Positions 9,393 through 19,394 of a stretch of DNA of 64,000 nt are shown piece after piece; position 1 is the stretch's first letter, and the number at the start of each line of letters is the position of its first letter. The DNA lies in the NCBI GenBank assembly GCA_040387855.1, contig JAZKCY010000001.1, positions 317,857-381,856 of the forward strand. The letters are read 5' to 3'. The position numbers and the translations under genes are program-made. The DNA comes from Patescibacteria group bacterium. GTDB taxonomy: Bacteria; Patescibacteriota; Minisyncoccia; Phycocordibacterales; JAKAEA01. The notes under the pieces were generated by a model, which saw nothing but the letters and a program-made list of their open reading frames with translations, was not told the origin of the DNA and made no database searches.

Positions 9393-11180
9393 TTATAATT
9401 TTCCTTCTCGCTGCGCTTTATCTCGCATTGATTTGTTTAAGAATTTCTTTCGAAGTCGAACTGACTTTGGAGTAATTTCGATGTATTCATCATCTGACAT
9501 AATTTCCATGGCTCGTTCGATAGAGAGGATGTAGGCAGGAGCAAGATAGATACCTTCGTCTGATCCTGAAGCTCGCATGTTGGTGAGCTGCTTTCCTTTG
9601 GTTGGGTTTACATAAAGATCATCACCTTTTGTAACACTTCCGACAACCTGACCTTCATATACTTCATAACTTGGTTCTACATAGAGAGTTCCTCGCTGCT
9701 GAAGGTTGTCGAGAGAGAAGGCGAGACACTTTCCTTTCATCATTGAGATCATAGATCCGAATGTCTGTCGTTCCACTGTTCCAGCATATGCTCGGAATTC
9801 TAGGAATCGTGAAGAAATAATTCCTTCTCCCTTAGTATCTACAACGAACTGTCCTCGGTATCCGAGCAAACCTCGAGTTGGGATTTCAAATACCAATCGT
9901 ACCTGACCTCGCTCTTCGGTCATGTTCATCATGATTCCTCGTCGTCGCTGGAGCTTTTCAATAACAGCACTTGATGATTCTTGAGGAACGTCGATAGTTA
10001 CTTCTTCAAAAGGTTCTGATTTTACTCCATCAATTTCTTTGATGATAACTTGTGGTTGTGATACTTGGAGTTCATAACCTTCTCGTCGCATATTTTCAAG
10101 CAAGATCGCAATGTGCAATTCTCCTCGTCCGTATACTTTGTAATTTTCACCTGTAAAGTCTACTTTGAGTCCAACGTTGATTTCGAGTTCTCGTTCTAGT
10201 CGTTCTCGAATTTGTCGTCCTGTAACAAACTTTCCTTCTTGTCCGGCAAATGGAGAATCGTTAACCAAGAATGTAAGAGAGATAGTAGGTTCATCAATCT
10301 GAATAGCAGGAAGCGCTTCTTGATCCTGTGATTCACACACAGTGTCTCCAATATAGATATCAGGAATTCCGGCCATCATCACAATATCTCCAGCTTCGGC
10401 AATATCAGTTTCTGTTCGAGTTACACCTTTGAATGTAAATAGTTTAGTTAGCTTTCCAGAGTGAATAGTTCCATCTGGTGTTTTTGCAAAAATGTTTTGT
10501 CCCATTTTCATCTTACCTTCGTATACTCGGCCAACAGCAAGTCGTCCTAGGAAGTTGTCGTATCCAAGGTTGAACACCTGCATTCGAAGTGGAGCTTCTG
10601 TATCTGCTTGTGCTGCAGGAACTTTTTCTAAAATAAGATCAAGGAGGGGAGTAAGATCTTTTGATTCATCTTCCATCTTTAGCTTTGCAACTCCTTGTCG
10701 TCCGATAGCATAGATAGTTGTGAAATCGAGCTGATCGTCATTTGCTCCAAGTTCGAAGAATAATTCAAGAACTTGATCATGTGCACGCTTTACATCTGCA
10801 GCAGGTTTATCAATTTTATTTAAAACAACGATAGGCTTAAGACCAAGCTCGAGAGATTTCTTAAGTACGAATCGTGTCTGGGGCATAGGACCTTCCTGAG
10901 CATCCACTACAAGAAGCACGGTGTCGATAGATCGCAGCACACGTTCCACTTCAGAACCGAAGTCGGCGTGGCCCGGTGTGTCCACAATGTTGATCTTTGT
11001 ATTCTTATAGAATACTGACGTGTTCTTAGCGTAAATAGTAATACCTCGTTCCTGTTCAAGGGCGTTTGAGTCCATTGATATACCTTCTTCCACCATACCT
11101 GTCTGGCGCATCAAAGCATCAGTAAGAGTTGTCTTACCGTGGTCCACGTGCGCAATAATTGCAATATTTCGAATTTCCAT
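9393..11180 (-). CDS. typA: translational GTPase TypA/BipA
   Basis: G1 AIIAHVDHGKTTL, G3 DTPGHADF, G4 NKIDK, EF-G-like domain order, 595 aa. Confidence 0.9.
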   Translation of the reverse strand: MEIRNIAIIAHVDHGKTTLTDALMRQTGMVEEGISMDSNALEQERGITIYAKNTSVFYKNTKINIVDTPGHADFGSEVERVLRSIDTVLLVVDAQEGPMPQTRFVLKKSLELGLKPIVVLNKIDKPAADVKRAHDQVLELFFELGANDDQLDFTTIYAIGRQGVAKLKMEDESKDLTPLLDLILEKVPAAQADTEAPLRMQVFNLGYDNFLGRLAVGRVYEGKMKMGQNIFAKTPDGTIHSGKLTKLFTFKGVTRTETDIAEAGDIVMMAGIPDIYIGDTVCESQDQEALPAIQIDEPTISLTFLVNDSPFAGQEGKFVTGRQIRERLERELEINVGLKVDFTGENYKVYGRGELHIAILLENMRREGYELQVSQPQVIIKEIDGVKSEPFEEVTIDVPQESSSAVIEKLQRRRGIMMNMTEERGQVRLVFEIPTRGLLGYRGQFVVDTKGEGIISSRFLEFRAYAGTVERQTFGSMISMMKGKCLAFSLDNLQQRGTLYVEPSYEVYEGQVVGSVTKGDDLYVNPTKGKQLTNMRASGSDEGIYLAPAYILSIERAMEIMSDDEYIEITPKSVRLRKKFLNKSMRDKAQREGKL

Positions 11181-11267
11181 GTGTCTTCTAACCTTAAAAT
11201 GCCTATAAATAAAAAGAGAGCTCGAGCTCTAATTAGGCTATTATCATAATAAAAAAAGCCTCATGTG

Positions 11268-11435
11268 TCAAACATTTGGCTGATCGGGTTTCTTTGGTTC
11301 AGGTGCATTTCTTTCGAAGATGCCCAGTGAGCACAGAAAGAAGGCCGCAATAGCGATAAGGCCGCACACAGCGCTCAGAAGCTTCAACAAACTACGAGCT
11401 AGTTTTTGAACCCCCTTAGTTACTATTTGAGTCAT
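11268..11435 (-). CDS. small membrane protein (about 55 aa), not in ORF track
   Basis: manual translation MTQIVTKGVQKLARSLLKLLSAVCGLIAIAAFFLCSLGIF... with one TM helix; lies at the GC-elevated edge of the 11.2-12.2 kb island; coordinates approximate. Confidence 0.25.
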   Translation of the reverse strand: MTQIVTKGVQKLARSLLKLLSAVCGLIAIAAFFLCSLGIFERNAPEPKKPDQPNV

Positions 11436-11536
11436 ATTACCTCACGTTTGTACATAGGTTCGGGATAAGTATACCTGAAACCATGGTACGATTGAAATGG
11501 AACCATGCTCACCCAAATTACAAGAAAGGAGGCCGC

Positions 11537-12235
11537 ATGCGTCTACCACCATTGAAGCCGATAATTCGTCTGTTTACGTCTCGGCTTGGCGAAGTTGCTC
11601 GACGCTTGTTGCGTCCGCTCGTTACACTCGAAGAAGCAAAATCAATTCTTGGTGATCCATATGTCATCGATGCTGCTACAGCGGCATCGGTGTGGAATAT
11701 GGAGGTGCCTCATGACCTACCGATTCCATTTACCAAGAAGCGACTTATGCGTTGTGCAAAAGCAAATGCCAAAGGTGATAAATGGCGGCTCGTGTGTTGT
11801 TTGGGAATTTCAGTTCTCGACATGCACACCAAGCGGCCTGAAGATTTTTATCACTCGAGCATTTGGCAGCAACACGAACGACCGCAATGGATGTCGGAGC
11901 ACGATGCTCCGTGCTACATGCTCATCAACATGAAGCTTCGGCTTAGGGATGCGGGGAGGGAGCAAATGATGCGGTATTTGATGAACCGCAAAAGAGTGTA
12001 CGCCTGGGCTCACTTTCCTACAGTCGTTGAAACCATCGTTACGCTGACTCACAGCCAGCGAGAAACATGCCTTACTGATGGCATGCATGTAGACCTTACC
12101 GAAGGAGATACTATTCCAACGGTCCAGGTCTTCGACGACGGGGTCAACATCTCGACGACTAACAAAGATGTCGTCGCGATGGGAATCAACACAATGGGCA
12201 TAGTCTTGTGCATTATCCCTGAGTCGCTCTCGTAG
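11537..12235 (+). CDS. hypothetical protein encoded in a high-GC island
   Basis: track ORF 11483..12235; ATG at 11537 (MRLPPLKP) has a perfect AAGGAGG 5 nt upstream; about 52-55% GC; no recognisable domain. Confidence 0.45.
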   Translation: MRLPPLKPIIRLFTSRLGEVARRLLRPLVTLEEAKSILGDPYVIDAATAASVWNMEVPHDLPIPFTKKRLMRCAKANAKGDKWRLVCCLGISVLDMHTKRPEDFYHSSIWQQHERPQWMSEHDAPCYMLINMKLRLRDAGREQMMRYLMNRKRVYAWAHFPTVVETIVTLTHSQRETCLTDGMHVDLTEGDTIPTVQVFDDGVNISTTNKDVVAMGINTMGIVLCIIPESLS

Positions 12236-12262
12236 CTGCTTGGGTTTTTTTATTGCTAAAAA

Positions 12263-12297
12263 TGATCACACTATTTTTAAGCGTGATCATTTTTTAG
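12263..12297 (+). terminator. rho-independent terminator
   Basis: atgatcac-actatttttaagc-gtgatcat followed by tttttt. Confidence 0.6.
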
Positions 12298-12314
12298 TTT
12301 GTGTATCAAGTAAA

Positions 12315-12464
12315 TTAGATAACTCGTCGGCCCTGGATAAGTCGAACTGCGAAGACAATAACGGCAGCTACAAGAAGAAGGTGGACTAATCCGCCAACTG
12401 TTGGAAATCCGATAAAGCCTACAAGCCAAAGTACCAAAAGGATAATTGCAATTGTAGATAGCAT
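12315..12464 (-). CDS. small membrane protein (49 aa) resembling the lmo0937/DUF-type double-TM family, not in ORF track
   Basis: manual translation MLSTIAIILLVLWLVGFIGFPTVGGLVHLLLVAAVIVFAVRLIQGRRVI; coordinates approximate. Confidence 0.4.
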   Translation of the reverse strand: MLSTIAIILLVLWLVGFIGFPTVGGLVHLLLVAAVIVFAVRLIQGRRVI

Positions 12465-12610
12465 AAGCGAATGTGATTATTTCAATAACTACCGACCTTT
12501 ACTCAACTGTAGACGAAGCTCTGCTGCAGCTCTTACATTTGCTGAGCCTGCTCTAAGCAATAGCCGCGCTTTGAGCTTTTTTCACAAATGATAAAATTAC
12601 ACTTATATAT

Positions 12611-14035
12611 ATGAATATGAAGTCATTATCATTACTGCAGCCATTGGCAATAGTAGATATAGAAACAACCGGGGCGAGTCCTTCTCATGACAGGATAATT
12701 GAAATTGCGATTATCAGATTTGAAGAGGGCAAAGAAATAGAGCGCTTTTCTACACTTGTTGATCCGGAGTGTTCTATTCCTTCCGGAATATTTTCTTTGA
12801 CAGGTATTACAACCGATCATGTAAAAGATGCTCCCACTTTCTATGACATATCTAAAGATGTAGAAAGGTTATTAAAAGGAGCTATATTTATTGCTCACAA
12901 TGTGCGGTTTGATTATTCTTTTGTAAAACAAGAGTTGTCACGCCTCAATATTTCTTTTTCAGCTCGACAATTGTGTACAGTGAGACTTTCAAAATATTTG
13001 TATCCTGAATTTCAGAGACACGATCTTTCTACTATTATTTCTCGCTTTAATTTTGTTTGTGAAGATCGCCATAGAGCTTTAGGTGATGCTCAGGTATTAG
13101 TAGATCTCTTGTATTTAGCAGATACAGAGCATAAAGAAAAATTTACAGAAGCAGCAGAAAAGATAATTGGTAGATCAAGATTGCCTACATTTTTAAACGA
13201 GTCTGTTATTAAATCTCTTCCTGAAGGACCTGGGGTATATATCTTTTATGGGGAAGATGGTGAAAAATTATATATAGGTAAAAGTGTAAATATTCGACAG
13301 CGGGTAGTATCTCATTTTGGAGGTATGACAAAAAATACACTAAGATTTTTGGAAGAGGTGAGAGATATAGAAGCTCGGGAGACAGCCGGAGAGCTTAGTG
13401 CGCTTTTACTTGAATCACATTTAATAAAAACAGAACAACCACTTTACAATAAACTTTCTCGAAAAATGAAAAAGCTGTGCTGTGTGATAGAAGATTCACA
13501 TAATGGATACAAATCTATTCGTATAGAACAGTATGATCAAGAAGAGCTTGAGCACTCTCATAAAATAATTGGCATTTTCAGAAGCATGATGCAAGCAAAG
13601 AAAATGCTTGATGCGTATGCAAAAGAACATTCATTGTGTCCGAGGTTGTCAGGACTTGAGAAGGGAACAGGGGCATGCTTTTATACCCAGCTAGGAAAAT
13701 GTAAGGGCGCATGTGCAAGTAAAGAAGATACACTTGCCTATAATCTTAGATTTGATGAAGCTTTTTCAAGCAGAAGATTAAAGGCATGGCCATACAATGG
13801 TCCTATCACTATTACGGAAACAAAAGATAAAGATACGGGAATTACTCATATTATCAATGAATGGCGGCTCGTAGGCAGTATTCAGTACGATGAAGGCGGC
13901 CAGCGACAGTTTTTACCTCAGAATCATATATTCGATTATGATGCCTATAAAATCCTCGTTCAGCACCTAAAAACCTATAAACAAAGGGTTAAAATCATCA
14001 CTCCATTTGAGATGAAGAATCTATTGACTTTATGA
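12611..14035 (+). CDS. fusion of DnaQ-like 3'-5' exonuclease domain and GIY-YIG (UvrC/Cho-like) nuclease domain
   Basis: Exo I IVDIETTGASP, Exo II FIAHNVRFDYSF, Exo III HRALGDA; GIY-YIG GVYIFYGEDGEKLYIGKSVNIRQRVVSHF. Confidence 0.75.
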   Translation: MNMKSLSLLQPLAIVDIETTGASPSHDRIIEIAIIRFEEGKEIERFSTLVDPECSIPSGIFSLTGITTDHVKDAPTFYDISKDVERLLKGAIFIAHNVRFDYSFVKQELSRLNISFSARQLCTVRLSKYLYPEFQRHDLSTIISRFNFVCEDRHRALGDAQVLVDLLYLADTEHKEKFTEAAEKIIGRSRLPTFLNESVIKSLPEGPGVYIFYGEDGEKLYIGKSVNIRQRVVSHFGGMTKNTLRFLEEVRDIEARETAGELSALLLESHLIKTEQPLYNKLSRKMKKLCCVIEDSHNGYKSIRIEQYDQEELEHSHKIIGIFRSMMQAKKMLDAYAKEHSLCPRLSGLEKGTGACFYTQLGKCKGACASKEDTLAYNLRFDEAFSSRRLKAWPYNGPITITETKDKDTGITHIINEWRLVGSIQYDEGGQRQFLPQNHIFDYDAYKILVQHLKTYKQRVKIITPFEMKNLLTL

Positions 14036-14081
14036 TATAAAAGTGATATAATATACATATTAAGTTAAGTATATAAATACT

Positions 14082-14411
14082 ATGACTACACACGTATATC
14101 ACGCAAAACACAAGGATCATAAAGAGCTTGCCGCAAAGCTTCAGCTTGAAGTTGATTCAATTTTGACCACTGTCAAAAATAAAGGTGAATATTCTGAATT
14201 CCGAGAACGAGAAGTAATTGATATTCATGACATTAGTGATAAACCACTTATGACAGAATTAATTGATCATCGTATTCATGAAATTGCTACTCGGCATCAA
14301 CGGCCAAGTAAAGTTTTGAAACAGACAGAACATGTTTTAAAACATACTGAAAAGGTTGGAAAGAATATTCATAAAGTAGTTAATTATCTTTTCAAACCGT
14401 TCGAACTCTAA
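14082..14411 (+). CDS. hypothetical protein
   Basis: 109-aa ORF, His/Lys-rich, no recognisable domain. Confidence 0.4.
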   Translation: MTTHVYHAKHKDHKELAAKLQLEVDSILTTVKNKGEYSEFREREVIDIHDISDKPLMTELIDHRIHEIATRHQRPSKVLKQTEHVLKHTEKVGKNIHKVVNYLFKPFEL

Positions 14412-14482
14412 AAGAAATCCACACAAATGAGTGATCATACGTGTGATATAGTAAAGCTATGCGACGAGCATAGCTTTATTAT

Positions 14483-16165
14483 ATGCATCTCTTTATCGAA
14501 CTTAGTCTTCTCATAGTAATTGCTCTTATTATTGCTTCAGTAATGAAGGTGTTACGACAGCCACTTATTGTGGGCTATATACTCACAGGAATTCTCGTGG
14601 GGCCTTTTGCGTTAAACTTTTTTCACTCTACAGAAAGTATTCATATATTTTCAGAATTAAAGATTGCGATTCTTCTGTTTATTGTGGGGCTTAGCCTTAA
14701 CCCTCTCATATTTAGAGAAGTAGGAAAAACAACATTGCTCACAGGGTTGGGCCAAGTCTTTTTTACCTCGGGAATTGGATATGCAATTATGCAGCTCATG
14801 GGATTTGATGCAATCACATCTCTTTATGTTGCATTAGCTATTTCATTTAGTAGTACTATTATTGTTTTAAAAATACTTACTGATAAGGGTGATTTAAATA
14901 AGCTGTACGGTAGAGTGTCTGTTGGATTTTTGTTGGTTCAAGATGTTGCGGCAATTATTGTACTACTTATCGTCTCTACAATTCCGCGAGTGACAGGAGA
15001 ATCACTTTCTGCTGCCGTGGCACTGCTATTTCTAAAAGGTTTTGCAATAACTGCACTCATTTACATTATTGGTAAAAGAGTACTTCCTCGAATAAGTAAG
15101 TTTTTTGCTTCATCACAAGAGTTGTTGTTCTTGTTTTCGTTAGCGTGGGGATTGGGATTGGCATCACTCTTTTATTCGCTCGGGTTTTCGATAGAAGTGG
15201 GAGCGCTTATTGCAGGAGTGCTACTTTCAGTATCACCATTTTCATATGAAATTAGTTCACGAATAAAACCATTGCGTGACTTTTTTGTGTTGCTCTTTTT
15301 CATAATGTTTGGAACTCAAATTATGCTTACTGAGCTTCCGTCACTCATAGGACCAGCACTTGTTCTTTCAACGATAGTATTACTTGGAAACCCACTTATT
15401 ATTTTCGTGATTATGAATGTGCTCGGATATAAACGGAAAACAAGCATTATGGCTGGTTTTACTGTTGCACAAGTAAGTGAGCTATCGTTAATTCTTATTT
15501 CTATTGGCTTTGCGAGTGGCCATGTTTCTGCATATATAGTTTCGCTTGTGACACTGGTATGTATTATCACAATTTGTGGATCAACATATCTTATGTTGTT
15601 TGCCGATACTATTTACCCACAAATACATAGATTGTTGGGAATCTTCGAATTGAGAAAGAAAAGAAGTGTACAGCAAATGACAAAAGAACAACATCCCGAA
15701 ATAATTATCTTTGGGTATGACCGAGTAGGTAGTGATTTTGTGTATGCCGCTGAGCAATTAAAAAAGCAGTATATCGTTGTAGATTTCAATCCGCGATCTA
15801 TTCAGAAACTTAAAGAAAATAACATTCCGTATGAATATGGTGATGCAGAAGATGTAGATTTTCTTCAAGATTTAGGACTTAATAATGCTGAGATGATTAT
15901 CTCAACATTGCCCGATTTTAACGCCAATATGCTTTTAGTTCAGATGTATCGAAAAGATAACCAGAAGGGAATTATCATGGTGCTTTCGCATGATGTAGAA
16001 CATGCAGAAGCTTTGTATAAAGCTGGAGCAACCTATGTGGTTATGCCTCACTACTTGGGTGCTCATTATGCATCATCTATGATTTCTCGTTTTGGATTTA
16101 ATTCTTTTGAGTTTGAAGAAGAGCGAAATAAGCATCTTCAGCACCTCGCGCAGCGTCAATCTTAA
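14483..16165 (+). CDS. CPA2-family (Kef-type) cation:proton antiporter with C-terminal RCK/TrkA-N domain
   Basis: about 12 TM helices followed by Rossmann GxGxxG (IIIFGYDRVGSDF) NAD-binding regulatory domain. Confidence 0.75.
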   Translation: MHLFIELSLLIVIALIIASVMKVLRQPLIVGYILTGILVGPFALNFFHSTESIHIFSELKIAILLFIVGLSLNPLIFREVGKTTLLTGLGQVFFTSGIGYAIMQLMGFDAITSLYVALAISFSSTIIVLKILTDKGDLNKLYGRVSVGFLLVQDVAAIIVLLIVSTIPRVTGESLSAAVALLFLKGFAITALIYIIGKRVLPRISKFFASSQELLFLFSLAWGLGLASLFYSLGFSIEVGALIAGVLLSVSPFSYEISSRIKPLRDFFVLLFFIMFGTQIMLTELPSLIGPALVLSTIVLLGNPLIIFVIMNVLGYKRKTSIMAGFTVAQVSELSLILISIGFASGHVSAYIVSLVTLVCIITICGSTYLMLFADTIYPQIHRLLGIFELRKKRSVQQMTKEQHPEIIIFGYDRVGSDFVYAAEQLKKQYIVVDFNPRSIQKLKENNIPYEYGDAEDVDFLQDLGLNNAEMIISTLPDFNANMLLVQMYRKDNQKGIIMVLSHDVEHAEALYKAGATYVVMPHYLGAHYASSMISRFGFNSFEFEEERNKHLQHLAQRQS

Positions 16166-16307
16166 TCGTAGCTTCATTAGTTGCTCATCCTTGACTTATC
16201 CACAGATTTTCAGTCTGCTATTGACGAATTTTTTAATAGGAGTAAGCTAGTATCTGGCTTCGTACCAATCGGGTTCTCAGATTTCTTGTTTTTCTCGGAG
16301 GTATTGC

Positions 16308-16925
16308 ATGACGGTTGTAGACAACATGGATGTTGGAGCGGCGCTTGCGCTCATGCGTGAAGAGTTGCCCGCGACGCTTTCTGGGGATGAAGTGAAGGCT
16401 GTGTGCGATGAGTGCACGGATCGGAGGTTGGCGGCACTTGCGCCCTCTACCGTTTCGACGGTCAACGTGACGTGCATGGACTTCCGGTTCTGCATCAAGT
16501 CACGTCATGCGTTGCGCACGATGTACGGGGTCGAAAAGCTCGTCGACCTCGTGACCTTCGCTGGTGGAGCCTACAGCTTCGCCGCGACATCAGGTGCGCC
16601 GTGGTGGCAGGTGCACAAGCACGTGTGGATCTGGTGCGTGAAGATGATGGTGCGCTTCGTGATGTGCATCAGCCTTCGGGTCGCCATCTACAAGCATGGC
16701 GTCGAGCGCATCGTGCTCTGCGGTCATGAGCAGTGTGGCCTGTGTTGCCTTCACGGGCATCATTTCGACACGATGGAGGATGACAGGGCGTTCCACCAGG
16801 ATCGTCTCCGGGCCGCGGGTAAGTGGCTGCGGAAGAAGTTTCCCGAGGTAAAGGTTATCTGTTTGTGTTTCCTGTATATGGACGGTGAAGGAGACGTTCA
16901 GCTCAAGGAGTTCGAACAGATGTAG
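16308..16925 (+). CDS. putative beta-class carbonic anhydrase-like protein encoded in a high-GC island
   Basis: GGAGG before ATG; motifs TCMDFRF (C-x-D-x-R) and LCGHEQCG (H-x-x-C) match beta-CA zinc-ligand signatures; about 62% GC; adjacent to a SulP transporter. Confidence 0.4.
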   Translation: MTVVDNMDVGAALALMREELPATLSGDEVKAVCDECTDRRLAALAPSTVSTVNVTCMDFRFCIKSRHALRTMYGVEKLVDLVTFAGGAYSFAATSGAPWWQVHKHVWIWCVKMMVRFVMCISLRVAIYKHGVERIVLCGHEQCGLCCLHGHHFDTMEDDRAFHQDRLRAAGKWLRKKFPEVKVICLCFLYMDGEGDVQLKEFEQM

Positions 16926-16935
16926 TTCCAATGGG

Positions 16936-16962
16936 GGTGCGATATCGCATTCCTTTTTTATT
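16936..16962 (+). terminator. rho-independent terminator after the high-GC gene
   Basis: palindrome tgcgatatcgca followed by ttccttttttatttg. Confidence 0.45.
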
Positions 16963-17066
16963 TGGGAAAAGCAGAAATAATATGATTGTATTGTAATTTA
17001 GCATTAAGAGGTATATAATTTTTTCTTGTGTCTTTACTTCGAGTTTAATGATTTCTTAATAATTTT

Positions 17067-18695
17067 ATGAACGGAATAGTTGATCAATTAAAGAAGAACT
17101 GGATTTCAGCTCTCTCAGTGGCACTGGTATCAGTACCGCTTTCTCTTTCACTAAGTATTGCTTCAGGAGCGGGTCCTGTCGCCGGAGTCATTACTGCAAT
17201 TTGGGCCGGGTTATTTGCCGGAATTTTCGGAGGAAGTAAATTCAACATTGTAGGCCCTGCAGGAGCACTCGCTGGGATTTTAGCTTCTATTGCTTTTGTG
17301 TATGGTGCTGCTGTACTACCTTTGATTGCTATTGTTTCTGGATTTATGATTTTGGTTGTTTGGTTTTTTAAATGGGACCGATATCTTATTTTCGTTCCAT
17401 CTGCTGTGGTGCATGGTTTTACGCTCGGTGTTGCACTTACTATTGGTTTTGGTCAGCTCAATTTTGCATTGGGATTGAAAGATCTTCCAAAACATGAACA
17501 TCTCATTTCAAATATATTAGAATCATTAAAACATATCGCATTCTCTCAAACATGGTCTGTGATTCCTTTTATAGTAGGTCTTGGACTAATGTTTACTATT
17601 CTTAAATACAAACCTCGTTGGCCTAATACTGTTATTGTTGCTGCTCTAGGTATTTTATTTGGATACCTTACAAGTATTGGAACAATTCCACTTACTATTG
17701 ATACTCTGTTTACAAAATTTGGCGACCTTATCCTTCGACCGTTCAATATTCCGACATTGTCTCGAGATATGTTTAACCAAGTGATTTTCCAGTATTCTGC
17801 AGTTGTTGCATTCGTGGTAGTTCTTGAAACATTGATATCAGCAAAGATTGCAGATGGAATGACTAAGACAAAATTCAAGCAGCGAAAGGAAGTACTTGGA
17901 GTGGGACTTGCAAACATTGCTGCAGGTATCTTCGGAGGTATTCCAGCAAGTGGAGTATTTGCTCGAACAGCCATCAATGTAAAAAGTGGAGCAACATCAA
18001 ACTGGTCTCAAATTATTAATGCTGTTTTTGTTGCTATTCTAGCTATGGTATTGCTCCCAGGATTTAAGTTTATTCCTTTATCTGTAATTGCTGCAATTCT
18101 TGTATATGCATCTATAAGAATGGTTGCAACACATCATTTTAAGAAGCTCTATAAATTTGATCGATCAGCATTTTGGATTTCTATGGCAGTAGCTATAATT
18201 ACTGTTGTTTATGATGCTACAGCAGGTATTCTTGTCGGAACCCTCCTAGCATTGCTTGTATTTGCTCGAAAGCTATCGAGTGCTCAATGTAATGTAACTA
18301 TTAATGAAGAAGATGGTCAGACAGATGCTACTGAAGTTCTTAATGAAAATGTGAAAGGAAAGGAAGTCGTGTATAGATTTGCTGGAGAACTCACATATAT
18401 CAATGCTAAGAGCCACATAGAACGATTACAGAGAATTAGTTCAGATAGTGCTATAGTTCTCAACTTTAGAAATTTATTTTATATAGACGTAGATGGAATC
18501 GAAGCCCTAGATGAAATTATTGAAGATTTAGACCGAAGAAATCAGTCGGTATTTGTGACGGGAGTAAACGAAAATATCATGAAGTTTGTAAAAGATCATG
18601 AATGGTTTAAAAAGCTTGTACATGAAAATAGAGTGCTTACAACAACGGATGCTGCAATTGCTCAATCAAAAACTATTTCTCTAAAGAATCTATAA
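17067..18695 (+). CDS. SulP-family anion (sulfate/bicarbonate) transporter with C-terminal STAS domain
   Basis: SulP TM core and STAS domain (VVYRFAGELTYINAKSH...), 542 aa. Confidence 0.85.
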   Translation: MNGIVDQLKKNWISALSVALVSVPLSLSLSIASGAGPVAGVITAIWAGLFAGIFGGSKFNIVGPAGALAGILASIAFVYGAAVLPLIAIVSGFMILVVWFFKWDRYLIFVPSAVVHGFTLGVALTIGFGQLNFALGLKDLPKHEHLISNILESLKHIAFSQTWSVIPFIVGLGLMFTILKYKPRWPNTVIVAALGILFGYLTSIGTIPLTIDTLFTKFGDLILRPFNIPTLSRDMFNQVIFQYSAVVAFVVVLETLISAKIADGMTKTKFKQRKEVLGVGLANIAAGIFGGIPASGVFARTAINVKSGATSNWSQIINAVFVAILAMVLLPGFKFIPLSVIAAILVYASIRMVATHHFKKLYKFDRSAFWISMAVAIITVVYDATAGILVGTLLALLVFARKLSSAQCNVTINEEDGQTDATEVLNENVKGKEVVYRFAGELTYINAKSHIERLQRISSDSAIVLNFRNLFYIDVDGIEALDEIIEDLDRRNQSVFVTGVNENIMKFVKDHEWFKKLVHENRVLTTTDAAIAQSKTISLKNL

Positions 18696-18701
18696 CAAAA
18701 A

Positions 18702-18726
18702 AGCCCTGAATAGTCAGGGCTTTTTG
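18702..18726. terminator. bidirectional rho-independent terminator
   Basis: agccctga-atag-tcagggct followed by ttttt and preceded by aaaaaa, between convergent genes. Confidence 0.65.
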
Positions 18727-19308
18727 CTATTCGAGAATTGCGTGAGCTATACCTAGTTCTACAGCATCGGAAGGTGTGAGTACTGTATTGTTTGCCATAA
18801 GTTCTAAAACTTTTTGCACGGTAAGCTTTCCATTTGATTGATCAGCTATTACTGAAGCGTATTGAAAATCTTTAAGTTTATCTTCTTTAACAATAGATTC
18901 CATTTCTGGAGTAGTCATTCGTTTTGGCATATCAAAAGTTCGTCCGGCAAGATGGAGAAGGAGAGTTGTGTTTGGAGTTATGAATCTGTTTTTACCTGTG
19001 AGAAAAATAATAATTCCACTTGAATCAACATCTCCTGATCCAATGGTGTTGAGAACTGGCTTGTACACACTTCTCATACTGTCATAAAAACTCATGCCGA
19101 TACCAGTTGGACCGCCATGGGATGTAACCACAAGATTAATTGGCTCAGTAGGATTGTCGATAACGAGATTTTGAATTCGTTCGATCATGTCAGCAAGTAT
19201 TCCACCACTTACACCACCAATCCACTGTATAGTTCGTGCAGGAAGATATGGTAAAACTAATTTTTCTTCAGAACTAACTTGATAACTAATCTTTTGACTT
19301 GTGGCCAT
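18727..19308 (-). CDS. ClpP-like serine protease (S14/S49-related fold)
   Basis: TSHGGPTGIGMSFYDSMR and GSGDVDSSGIIIFLTG resemble ClpP INSPGGSVTAGLAIYD / GQAASMG regions. Confidence 0.45.
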   Translation of the reverse strand: MATSQKISYQVSSEEKLVLPYLPARTIQWIGGVSGGILADMIERIQNLVIDNPTEPINLVVTSHGGPTGIGMSFYDSMRSVYKPVLNTIGSGDVDSSGIIIFLTGKNRFITPNTTLLLHLAGRTFDMPKRMTTPEMESIVKEDKLKDFQYASVIADQSNGKLTVQKVLELMANNTVLTPSDAVELGIAHAILE

Positions 19309-19394
19309 GTGTAAAATATTCTAACTGCTAACGTACTAAAGATCTTAGTAGTTATATTTTACCTTTGCCATCTTTGCTATACAAATTAATAATA

